A stretch of DNA of 51,430 nucleotides from positions 1-51,430 of the IMG/VR virus record IMGVR_UViG_3300030333_002795; one strand, given 5' to 3'. The DNA is from a virus (taxonomy: Duplodnaviria; Caudoviricetes). Below the pieces are notes generated by a model, which saw nothing but the letters and a program-made list of their open reading frames with translations, made no database searches and was not told the origin of the DNA. Both the position numbers and the translations under genes were made by a program. Positions 19,288 to 26,864 of the stretch are shown here, one piece after another (within the stretch, counting starts at the first letter, position 1; each line of letters begins with the position of its first letter).

Positions 19288-19702
19288 CAGTTCCGCCTGG
19301 TAGTGCCCTCATTCTTTGTTCTATTTGCTTCACAGCCTCACGGACCAACTCTTCATCAACTCTTGCAATTTGCAGTGGACCACCACCAGGACCTGTGATT
19401 TGCGTGTGTGTTTGAGGTTGATACTTCTGTCTATTTGCTTGCAGTACAAGACGTGCAGCATTGACTTGGACAGCAGAGCCTTCTTCATGACCTAGAGCTA
19501 TATCTTCGAGAGCCTGCTCAACACGGTCAACTCGCTCTCCCAAAGCCTGATCTTCCTCTAGACGGAATCCCTCCGAGGATTGTCTCAAGCGATATATGTG
19601 GGTCATCGACAAGCCAGCCTTGTTTGCTGCTGCGCACTTCCCCAAAGTTGGCAGCAGTCTTAGATACTCCGCCTTTGCTACTTCTGTCTTTGATTTGCTC
19701 AT
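19262..19702 (-). CDS. terS: Terminase small subunit
   Basis: HTH (AAANKAGLSMTHIYRLR), helical oligomerisation region and ITGPGGGPLQI tail. Overlaps the terL start. Start moved to ATG 19702. Confidence 0.75.
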   Translation of the reverse strand: MSKSKTEVAKAEYLRLLPTLGKCAAANKAGLSMTHIYRLRQSSEGFRLEEDQALGERVDRVEQALEDIALGHEEGSAVQVNAARLVLQANRQKYQPQTHTQITGPGGGPLQIARVDEELVREAVKQIEQRMRALPGGTDDEPTTAQ

Positions 19703-19817
19703 CGCACCTCTCGCCTGTACAGCATGGCCCAATATTAACACCACAACGCACACACTGCATGTGTCCATGCACGATCACTACTTTTTTACTTAAATTACAA
19801 TAAGGACAACGTCTCAT
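19527..19817 (-). CDS. Small zinc-finger protein
   Basis: CPYC..HGHMQCVRC..NIGPCC.GE. The C-terminal part overlaps terS in another frame. Confidence 0.5.
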   Translation of the reverse strand: MRRCPYCNLSKKVVIVHGHMQCVRCGVNIGPCCTGERCDEQIKDRSSKGGVSKTAANFGEVRSSKQGWLVDDPHISLETILGGIPSRGRSGFGRAS

Positions 19818-19827
19818 AGACAAAAGT

Positions 19828-19925
19828 ATATAGCAAAACTATAGCATTGCCATAGCAAAGCCATGAATTTGTCATAAGCAAATGGATAGACATCACCTTC
19901 ACCATCACCTTCACCATTACCTATA
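19828..19925. repeat. Iteron-like repeats in the divergent intergenic region (candidate origin/regulatory region)
   Basis: ATAGCA at 19830, 19841 and 19852 (11-bp period). CATCACCTTCAC twice in tandem at 19891..19914. An AT-rich stretch follows. Confidence 0.6.
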
Positions 19926-20052
19926 CAAATACAGTCAATAATTACTACACAATTAGACATCTTTTGATTGGGTTTTCATCTATTTGATATTTTTTTTCAA
20001 GATTAGTCACATATTGATAAAGTTTTCTGTTACCCTCTTCCGATAGATAGGT

Positions 20053-20113
20053 AGCAGGAGGCGGGGTCGTATTCAACTACTCCTTCACGGCCCCGCACCT
20101 GCTTTTTAAGGAG
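20053..20113 (+). promoter_or_regulatory. Leader hairpin + T5 tract directly upstream of the first early-gene RBS
   Basis: AGCAGG/CCTGCT and GCGGGGTCGT/ACGGCCCCGC stems. The loop contains CTCCTT, and the hairpin is followed by TTTTT-AAGGAG. Confidence 0.6.
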
Positions 20114-20120
20114 CAAACTA

Positions 20121-20273
20121 ATGACTAAGCAAACAAGAACTGAGATGCACCATGTCAACATCCAGAGCCACAACACACGGTTCGGTCAGAAAGCTGGCAT
20201 GACCAAGACCAAGAAGTCAAACACTAGAACTGTAAGTGTAAAAGCCTCATACAAGAAACGAGGTCGCAAGTGA
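20121..20273 (+). CDS. 50-aa basic hypothetical protein
   Basis: Strong RBS AAGGAG. MTKQTRTEMHHVNIQ...YKKRGRK. GTGA overlap with the next gene. Confidence 0.65.
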   Translation: MTKQTRTEMHHVNIQSHNTRFGQKAGMTKTKKSNTRTVSVKASYKKRGRK

Positions 20274-20926
20274 GTAGACTAATACCTAAAAACACAGTGT
20301 TTTGGCACGAGCATTTGTCTGGCAACCAGATGGGTGTCAACTTTAACAACAAGTTGTACAAGCTGAATAAGATTATGGCTTTGGGTCAGATGCCCTACTA
20401 CATATTGGTTAACAAAGTAGTAGATCAGCGTTGGGATTACAGGGCAGAGAAGTTTGTAGGCAGAAGCCATTGGAACATACTTATCAAAAAGTGGGTAACA
20501 CCCAAGGAGCACTTACGTTGGGGAGAGTGCAAGAGTACGCCAAAGCAGTCTACTTTGTGGACTAAATACGAACCAAAAAGCAGCGTAAGTGTATCTGATT
20601 TGTATGGTGTTTACCTAACCAAAGAATACCACGACAAAATCAAAGACATCGAAGAGTTTAACAAGTCAAGGATTAAGTGGCTCAAGGGTCTTAAACTTGC
20701 CACATGGAAACTCAAGAAAAGGCGTGATCTTTACAGTATAGTGGACGGTCTTATCAGAGAAGCAAGCGTAGACACGGCTAGATTGCCTAAAGCACACATG
20801 TGGAAGGATGGCAGTAGATGGACTCCAGTTACATTTGATGGAGACCCTGCGATATTCTTTGACACACTGGAAGAAGCACAAAACTACATTAACACTAAAA
20901 AGAGTGAAAAGGAGTTATCACTATGA
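20270..20926 (+). CDS. Hypothetical protein (218 aa, K/W-rich)
   Basis: ORF coupled at both ends. No recognised motif. Confidence 0.65.
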   Translation: MSRLIPKNTVFWHEHLSGNQMGVNFNNKLYKLNKIMALGQMPYYILVNKVVDQRWDYRAEKFVGRSHWNILIKKWVTPKEHLRWGECKSTPKQSTLWTKYEPKSSVSVSDLYGVYLTKEYHDKIKDIEEFNKSRIKWLKGLKLATWKLKKRRDLYSIVDGLIREASVDTARLPKAHMWKDGSRWTPVTFDGDPAIFFDTLEEAQNYINTKKSEKELSL

Positions 20927-21756
20927 AAACAGTTGAACACAACCCAGTTAATATACTTAGGGCAACCTACTTCGAGAACAAGGCGGTTAATCAGTCGCTA
21001 CTCAAGCAGGTCTTGAAGTCACCACTTCATGCATGGCACTACATGAACACCCCAAATGAGCCAACACCAGCAATGGCACTAGGCACAGCAATACACACAA
21101 AGTTACTTGAATACGACCTATTTGAAGAAAAGATTGCTGTTCTGCCAGAGATAAACCGCAGGACCAAAGAGGGCAAAGAGCAATACAACAGGTTTGTTGC
21201 GTCAGCAAAAGGCAAGACCATAATTACACAAGAACAGAACAAGAGGTGTGATGCTGCCTTTGCCATGGTTTGCAAAAACGACAAATTTTGCAACATCCTT
21301 GATGATGTGAACTACGAACATGAGTTGGCATTGGGGTGGGAAGACAAGAAGCACAAGATGAACTGCAAGGCATGCCTAGACCTTATCAACTTTGAAACCA
21401 AAGAAATCATTGATCTCAAGACAACTTCTGATGCAAGTTACTCAGGTTTTAGCAGGTCTAGTGCAAACTTCATGTATCACCTGCAAGCAGCATTCTATCT
21501 AAGAGCCGCTACAGGTCTTAGTGGCGTTGAGGCGATGAAAGATGGTTGGACATATAAGATTATGGCTGTTGAGTCAGTTCAACCGCACGGCTGCGCAATG
21601 TTTGAGTTTGACAAAAACGCTATCGCAGAGGGCGACAGACTTGTTGAGAGAGCAATGACTGCATGGGCAAATGCACTCGTCTGGTCAGAGTTTGACGGAT
21701 ACACACAAGAGACACAGAAACTATCACTTCCAGTTTGGGCCATTTCAGAAGAGTAA
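20923..21756 (+). CDS. PD-(D/E)XK exonuclease, RecE/exonuclease VIII-like (DUF3799)
   Basis: SLLKQVLKSP.H, LGTAIH..LLE, CKACLD, IIDLKTT, YHLQAAFY and LSLPVWA. Confidence 0.88.
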   Translation: MKTVEHNPVNILRATYFENKAVNQSLLKQVLKSPLHAWHYMNTPNEPTPAMALGTAIHTKLLEYDLFEEKIAVLPEINRRTKEGKEQYNRFVASAKGKTIITQEQNKRCDAAFAMVCKNDKFCNILDDVNYEHELALGWEDKKHKMNCKACLDLINFETKEIIDLKTTSDASYSGFSRSSANFMYHLQAAFYLRAATGLSGVEAMKDGWTYKIMAVESVQPHGCAMFEFDKNAIAEGDRLVERAMTAWANALVWSEFDGYTQETQKLSLPVWAISEE

Positions 21757-21767
21757 AGGAGGCTACT

Positions 21768-22427
21768 ATGACTACCAAGAAGACTACTAAAAAAACAACA
21801 CAGAAGGACATATGGAACACGCTATCCAAGATAAACGTCAACCAGTATTTACAACAGAAGGGTAAATACCCATACCTACCCTGGGGTGATGCTTGGAAAA
21901 TTATGATGGAAAACTACCCCGATGTCACATTCGAGAACGAGTACAACGATGATGGCTACCCAGTCTTTTATGACCCACAAGGTCGTGGGATGGTTAGGGT
22001 TTCAGTCATGGTCTGCGGCTTTACGCACACAGAGGACTATATGATCACGAATTATAGCAATCAGTGTGTTGAGAACCCGAATCCCGCACTTGTAAACAAC
22101 TGTCTAAAAAGGGCTTTGGTGAAGTGCATGGCATACTTCGGCTTAGGTTCTTACCTCTACAACCAGGAAGACATGGCAGAAGTTGAAGAAGAGGTCGTTG
22201 AAGAAGTCACCCCAGAGTATCAGACAGAGGGAAAGGCGACAAAAGAGCAAATTTCTATCATTGAGGGGCATTTTGTCTTTAGCGACAACGAAGACCTTGA
22301 AAAGCAAACTTTAGCGTGGGCGAGTAATAAAACTGGGATAGAATGCAAGACAGTCAGCGACCTGCCAGAGTCCATTGCAGCAACATTAGTTAGCAAGTAC
22401 GCTGTTGTGAAAACAGAGGAGCAGTAA
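21768..22427 (+). CDS. Single-strand annealing protein, Sak/DUF1071 (Rad52-like)
   Basis: YLPWGDAW...YP, MVRVSV and NCLKRALVKCMAYFGLGSYLY..ED. RBS AAGGAGG before ATG 21768. Confidence 0.85.
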   Translation: MTTKKTTKKTTQKDIWNTLSKINVNQYLQQKGKYPYLPWGDAWKIMMENYPDVTFENEYNDDGYPVFYDPQGRGMVRVSVMVCGFTHTEDYMITNYSNQCVENPNPALVNNCLKRALVKCMAYFGLGSYLYNQEDMAEVEEEVVEEVTPEYQTEGKATKEQISIIEGHFVFSDNEDLEKQTLAWASNKTGIECKTVSDLPESIAATLVSKYAVVKTEEQ

Positions 22428-22429
22428 GG

Positions 22430-22714
22430 ATGCCGAGGGAAATGGGATATGAGATTCGCATTGAGGGAAGTGAAGATGGCTGGGAAGACCTTGCCAAGAG
22501 ATTAGGCGAAGTCCGTTCTCTTGGTGGTCTACCAGCTATGCAGGAAGAGTTGGATAGGCAGCCAACATTAATTTTAGAGATTCTCTACCACATATCTCTT
22601 AATGCCTCTGTACTGACTGGAATTGAAGAAGAAGACTTAGTGATTGCTGTTGAGTTAGCAGCATTGATACAACCCTTACTAGTAGAAAGGAAAGAACAAG
22701 ATGAACAAGGATGA
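22430..22714 (+). CDS. Hypothetical acidic protein
   Basis: In-operon ORF. Confidence 0.55.
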   Translation: MPREMGYEIRIEGSEDGWEDLAKRLGEVRSLGGLPAMQEELDRQPTLILEILYHISLNASVLTGIEEEDLVIAVELAALIQPLLVERKEQDEQG

Positions 22715-23141
22715 AAAGGTTTTTGAAGGGACAATTGTTTCAATCGCCTACCGCAAGGCGGGTGATGGTGCAAACGACCCAAACCACGAGGCGATGCAGG
22801 TCTCAGTGAGACTTAATGAGCCTGTGGAGTTTGGTAGCAAAAAGATGTACCAAATTACAGATTGGTTAAAAGTAGACACTGAGCACGACTTTAGTTTTAC
22901 ACGTTGGACATCTCTAGCAGGAGTGACTGACGGAGATCAGGCCAAGCAGTTTATGATGTCTAAGAATGTGTTTGATTTGATTGGCTTGCGGGTCAAAGTT
23001 GGCTGTGAAGAGAAGGGGACATTTAACGACATGCCATCTTTTAGCGTAAGGCGAGTCCTTAACCAGCCTAGCGAAAGCGCAGCACCAACTAACACACAGC
23101 AAACTATAGCGAGTGCCCCAGATGACGACATACCATTCTGA
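22701..23141 (+). CDS. Putative single-stranded DNA-binding protein
   Basis: Beta-rich, C-terminal DDDIPF tail, located next to the exonuclease and annealase. Confidence 0.65.
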   Translation: MNKDEKVFEGTIVSIAYRKAGDGANDPNHEAMQVSVRLNEPVEFGSKKMYQITDWLKVDTEHDFSFTRWTSLAGVTDGDQAKQFMMSKNVFDLIGLRVKVGCEEKGTFNDMPSFSVRRVLNQPSESAAPTNTQQTIASAPDDDIPF

Positions 23142-23328
23142 TATTGGACAAGATGTTTTAATGACAGTCGATGAAGTCAGGAGACACTTTAGGTTAAAGT
23201 CGTATCAGACTATCTACAACTGGATAAAGACTGAAGGCTTTCCGCCACCTATGAAACTTGGGGGGTCAAGCAGGTGGAAACTGTCTCAGGTCGTGGAGTG
23301 GTCGAACTCAAGACACAGCAAGGAGTAA
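23113..23328 (+). CDS. AlpA/excisionase-like HTH protein
   Basis: LMTVDEV...SYQTIYNWIK.EGFPPPMKLGGSSRWKLSQVVEW. Exact start uncertain. Confidence 0.8.
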   Translation: MPQMTTYHSDIGQDVLMTVDEVRRHFRLKSYQTIYNWIKTEGFPPPMKLGGSSRWKLSQVVEWSNSRHSKE

Positions 23329-23330
23329 TT

Positions 23331-23660
23331 ATGAAGTCAGCAAAAGAAGCAATACGTCTTAAAAGTTTACAAATGGTGGGCTGTAGGTCTAGGGAGAGTG
23401 ATCCTGAGACATCAAAGATAGCAGCAGAGTCTCACAAGCCAAAGTCTAACACAAACGCCTTCAAGGTCTTGGAGACCGTGGAGTCAAGTGACGAGTATCT
23501 GACTGGCGGGGAGATAGCAGTCCGATGCGGTCTCGAGCACATTGAGGCAGCAAGAAGACTGAGTGACTTGTGCAAGGCAGGATTAATTACTAAACAAGAA
23601 GTAAGAAAATGTAGCGTCAAGGGAACTAAGATGTTGACATGGGGAGCAGGTCTGCAATGA
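23331..23660 (+). CDS. Winged-HTH DNA-binding protein
   Basis: SRESDPETSKIAA, LTGGEIA..CGL....ARRLSDL..AGLI. RBS AAGGAG. Confidence 0.7.
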   Translation: MKSAKEAIRLKSLQMVGCRSRESDPETSKIAAESHKPKSNTNAFKVLETVESSDEYLTGGEIAVRCGLEHIEAARRLSDLCKAGLITKQEVRKCSVKGTKMLTWGAGLQ

Positions 23661-24343
23661 GCGATGTTTCTACATGGATGCCTTTATATGGCGGTGATTT
23701 TCTTGTTGCTACGATTGGATGGCCCGCAGACGCTGTTGGTCATTACATAAAGATACTACTGCTTCAGTGGGACAGGGGTGGACTCCCTAAAGACATATCT
23801 GAATGGGAGTCCCTGTCGCCTGGTGTAAGTCAGCACGAGTCGTTGCTGTTGCCAAAGTTCCCAATAGGGGCAGATGGCAAGAGATACAACCACAGACTTG
23901 AAGATGAAAAGCACAAGGCAGTTAAACTGCGTACTCAAAGAGCAGAGGCAGGAAGGAAGGGCGCAGCAAAGCGATGGGAGAACGACAATGTCCTACCACC
24001 AAAGACTGCTGTCTCTACACCCTCATCAATACACCGAGGTTCTAAGGAGGCAAACTTGGCTTGGGAGTTTGTTCCCACCCTTAGAAAAACTGGAAAGCGT
24101 AAGTTCTTAAATCTCTGGGAAACACTTGTGCTGCGTCAGGGTCTTGATCACGAAAAGGTAATTAAGTCGTTTGAAGACTACTACAACTCGCCAAAAGGTA
24201 AAGGTGAGTACGCACGTGGACCGATACGTTTATTGGAGGAAGCCGTTTGGGAGGACGACCCTAAGAGTTGGGGGGAAAACAACACGGAAAGCATAAGTCA
24301 CTTAGACGCTATATATGCGGAGCAACAAAATGGAGAATTATAA
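23657..24343 (+). CDS. YdaU/DUF1376-like replication initiator
   Basis: WMPLYGGDFL, GHYIKILLLQW..GGLP, YNHRLEDE and AGRKGAAKRW. Confidence 0.75.
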   Translation: MSDVSTWMPLYGGDFLVATIGWPADAVGHYIKILLLQWDRGGLPKDISEWESLSPGVSQHESLLLPKFPIGADGKRYNHRLEDEKHKAVKLRTQRAEAGRKGAAKRWENDNVLPPKTAVSTPSSIHRGSKEANLAWEFVPTLRKTGKRKFLNLWETLVLRQGLDHEKVIKSFEDYYNSPKGKGEYARGPIRLLEEAVWEDDPKSWGENNTESISHLDAIYAEQQNGEL

Positions 24344-25902
24344 TGTGGATACTACCCAAATCAATCATGTCTCACTATGTGCAGGATATGGAGGAATCGA
24401 CCTCGGAATTAGAAGAGTTCTGCCAACAGTGCGAACAATCGCTTTTGTGGAGATCGAAGCCTTCTGTGCAGCGAACTTGGTTGAAAAGATGCAAGACGGT
24501 TTTCTGGATGAAGCACCTATCTGGACAAACCTTAAAACCTTCCCAGGAAAAGATTTTCTCGGTCGAGTGGACATCCTCAGCGGAGGTTTTCCTTGCCAAC
24601 CGTTCAGCTCAGCAGGACTCAGAAAAGGTACTGAAGATTCTAGACACCTGTGGCCATTTATCGAAGAAATTATTTCCGACTGCGAACCAAGACTCCTCTT
24701 CTTCGAGAATGTCTCAGGGATTGTTTCATCAAAACTTGCAGGAGAGCCAGACACATCGGTTCTCAAACATGTCTTGGAGCGAATGGAAGAAATGGGTTAC
24801 AGAGCAGAAGCAGGACTATTCAGTGCGGAAGAATGCGGCTATCCACATAGGCGACAGCGAGTCTTTATCGCAGGTGTTCGCAACACCAACAACAACTGCA
24901 AATCAACTGTCACCATCCATGATGAAACACCCAGACTGTCGGAACATAGTGGGGAGTTGGCCAACACCAATGGCATCGGACACTGAAGGAGGCGTAGTCT
25001 ACGATGTACAACTTAGTAACGGATGTTTTTACAGAGTTAACAAGAAGGGTGAGCGTTGGAGCGTCAAGTTAAGAGACGCTGTTAATTGGCCAACGCCATC
25101 GGTTCACCATGTTGTAATGGGGAACAACGAAGAGCCGATAGAGAATTACGAAAAGCGTGTAAAAGATTATGAAGATGGAAAGACAAAGGGCAAGCCAGGC
25201 AAGAGTTTAGGCGTAGCGGTAAGAATGAATAACTGGCCAACGCCAGATGCAACAAATGTAGGAGACGGTGTACCATGGGAAAAGACAAAGAAACAACTAG
25301 ACGAGAGAAGGGCGAGGGTAAAAGAGGATGTGAAGAAGGGCAAGACCAAGCAGGGCAGCGGGAGGTCTCCCAACCTTGCGATGACGGTGCAGAAGCCAGA
25401 GAACTGGGCGACACCACAAGCAAGCGATCACATAGAGGGAGCGAGGACGGATGTGAACAGCAACCAGAAATGTTTGGGTCGAGACCTGAATCAACTAGAG
25501 AACTGGGCGACACCAAACACGATGGATCATCTGCCAGCGGGAATAAGTCAGTCGTACAAGGAAAGTGTGGGCGAGAGTCCATTGAGGGGCAGAAAGAAAT
25601 CATCGAACCTGAGAGAGCAAGTGAATTGGCCAACTCCTCTTGCGAGGGACTACAGGGGAGCGTTACCCCCGAATCAACTGACGAGGAAGGATGGGAAGAG
25701 CAGGATGGACCAACTGCCCAATGCTGTTGCCCATACCCCGCAAGACCAGGCGAACCACAAAGATGGTGGGAAGCCCCAAGAACAATCTCAAAAGACGAAA
25801 CAAGTATTATCACCCCTGTGGGTTGCCCAGATTATGGGGTTGAACCCTCTATGGTGCTTAATCAGAGAACCGAATCACTCAGAGCACTCGGAAACGGAGT
25901 AG
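24343..25902 (+). CDS. Overlapping alternate-frame MTase subunit with seven (W/F)-(P/A)-T-P repeats and a motif-IX-like segment
   Basis: Open for >500 codons across the MTase. Contains FATP, four WPTP and two WATP. Ends LSPLWVAQIMGLNPLW. ATG 24343 overlaps the upstream TAA. Confidence 0.7.
   Translation: MWILPKSIMSHYVQDMEESTSELEEFCQQCEQSLLWRSKPSVQRTWLKRCKTVFWMKHLSGQTLKPSQEKIFSVEWTSSAEVFLANRSAQQDSEKVLKILDTCGHLSKKLFPTANQDSSSSRMSQGLFHQNLQESQTHRFSNMSWSEWKKWVTEQKQDYSVRKNAAIHIGDSESLSQVFATPTTTANQLSPSMMKHPDCRNIVGSWPTPMASDTEGGVVYDVQLSNGCFYRVNKKGERWSVKLRDAVNWPTPSVHHVVMGNNEEPIENYEKRVKDYEDGKTKGKPGKSLGVAVRMNNWPTPDATNVGDGVPWEKTKKQLDERRARVKEDVKKGKTKQGSGRSPNLAMTVQKPENWATPQASDHIEGARTDVNSNQKCLGRDLNQLENWATPNTMDHLPAGISQSYKESVGESPLRGRKKSSNLREQVNWPTPLARDYRGALPPNQLTRKDGKSRMDQLPNAVAHTPQDQANHKDGGKPQEQSQKTKQVLSPLWVAQIMGLNPLWCLIREPNHSEHSETE
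24345..24986 (+). CDS. DNA (cytosine-5) methyltransferase, N-terminal polypeptide (motifs I-VIII)
   Basis: SLCAGYGG (I), FVEIE (II), GGFPCQPFS (IV), FENVSG (VI), PHRRQRVFI (VIII). Stops before motifs IX/X. Likely GTG start at 24345 (track start 24315). Confidence 0.85.
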   Translation: MDTTQINHVSLCAGYGGIDLGIRRVLPTVRTIAFVEIEAFCAANLVEKMQDGFLDEAPIWTNLKTFPGKDFLGRVDILSGGFPCQPFSSAGLRKGTEDSRHLWPFIEEIISDCEPRLLFFENVSGIVSSKLAGEPDTSVLKHVLERMEEMGYRAEAGLFSAEECGYPHRRQRVFIAGVRNTNNNCKSTVTIHDETPRLSEHSGELANTNGIGH

Positions 25903-25970
25903 TGCCCTCAACCGCAGAGAGAGCCTTTATTATTCTTATGGGCAGATTAGGAGCGCAGCATGACAAATGA
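25275..25970 (+). CDS. MTase C-terminal polypeptide carrying motif X
   Basis: Same frame as 24345..24986. Ends RTESLRALGNGVVP..AERAFIIL, and its stop overlaps the next gene's start. Confidence 0.6.
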   Translation: MGKDKETTRREKGEGKRGCEEGQDQAGQREVSQPCDDGAEARELGDTTSKRSHRGSEDGCEQQPEMFGSRPESTRELGDTKHDGSSASGNKSVVQGKCGRESIEGQKEIIEPERASELANSSCEGLQGSVTPESTDEEGWEEQDGPTAQCCCPYPARPGEPQRWWEAPRTISKDETSIITPVGCPDYGVEPSMVLNQRTESLRALGNGVVPSTAERAFIILMGRLGAQHDK

Positions 25971-26430
25971 TGAATATAGAACGTTTTGGGAAAGACTACT
26001 CGGTAGATACCCAAACTTTGCACCGACAATGGAGCAAACAAAAGATTGGCAAAGGGAACTACAGACAAAAGACTTTCACTTGGTAGAAGCAGCAGTTGCT
26101 ACAGTTGTTAGCAAGTATTCTTCTGAAATACCCAAGTTGCCTTGGATTTTAGACAACTACAGGAAGATTAAGGAGCAAAGGGCTAGGGATAAAGTTAGCA
26201 ACCAAGTACCTATTGCCCAAGAGCAAGACCTAGAGTACGAGAAGATTAAACAAGAGAAGGCGAAAAATCTAGAACAACTAAAGCGAACTCCTCTAGAAAC
26301 ACTTAAAGAGGAAGTTGTGAAAGCTGTTAATAGATATCCACACCACTTGTCTATGCCAACTAGCAAAGAGGTAGAAGATTGGTCACCATGGTTGAGGGCG
26401 GTCGTGTACTGCAGCATCTATGGGAGATAA
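25960..26430 (+). CDS. Putative helicase loader/replisome-organizer-like protein
   Basis: MTNDEY..FW..L...YPNF.....W...L......V..AV N-terminus. Replication-gene context. Confidence 0.45.
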   Translation: MTNDEYRTFWERLLGRYPNFAPTMEQTKDWQRELQTKDFHLVEAAVATVVSKYSSEIPKLPWILDNYRKIKEQRARDKVSNQVPIAQEQDLEYEKIKQEKAKNLEQLKRTPLETLKEEVVKAVNRYPHHLSMPTSKEVEDWSPWLRAVVYCSIYGR

Positions 26431-26794
26431 AATAGTCATAGTTACAAAAATACCTTCCGCTGCTTTGTCCGCTAACAGTCGAAAACACTGGAGAGTTAAA
26501 CACAAAGCCTCTAAATCTATCAAGGAATCTACGGCTAAAATTGTTGAAAGAGAAATAGAAATACAGAAACCAAAAGGCCTACGGTGGCATGCTATTGTGC
26601 TTGAGGCAATTTATTATCATCATGTCAACAGACGTAGAGACCCTGACAATTTAGTTGCCTTACTGAAATATCCAATAGATGGTTTAGTTCTTGGAGGTCT
26701 ACTTTTAGACGATGACTTAATTACCTTGAAACCTGTCGTTAAAAGAATAGACAAGGAAAACCCAAGACTTGAGTTGCATATAGAACCTCATTAG
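26420..26794 (+). CDS. rusA: RusA-like Holliday junction resolvase
   Basis: SANSRKHW, RRRDPDNL...K..IDGL..GGLLLDDD, and ENPRLEL. Confidence 0.8.
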   Translation: MGDKIVIVTKIPSAALSANSRKHWRVKHKASKSIKESTAKIVEREIEIQKPKGLRWHAIVLEAIYYHHVNRRRDPDNLVALLKYPIDGLVLGGLLLDDDLITLKPVVKRIDKENPRLELHIEPH

Positions 26795-26864
26795 CAAACT
26801 GCTACATACACCACATCATAAATTACATAGAACCTATCCCAAAACAGTTGGTTAAATGTGACTA

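Noticed and set aside
19828-19925. CRISPR mini-array
   Set aside because: The repeats are 6-12 bp with no spacers, and there are no cas genes.
20030-20052. CCGATA-type promoter element upstream of the early leader
   Set aside because: The position is plausible, but it is a single occurrence with no clear -35 box, so it cannot be supported.
20053-20107. tRNA or other known ncRNA
   Set aside because: Single hairpin with no cloverleaf and no clear T/D arms. No tRNA or rRNA was recognised anywhere in the window.
24984-24986. Stop-codon reassignment or selenocysteine readthrough rescuing the MTase frame
   Set aside because: A TAG follows shortly after in the same frame, and TGA, TAG and TAA all terminate well-coupled genes elsewhere in the window.
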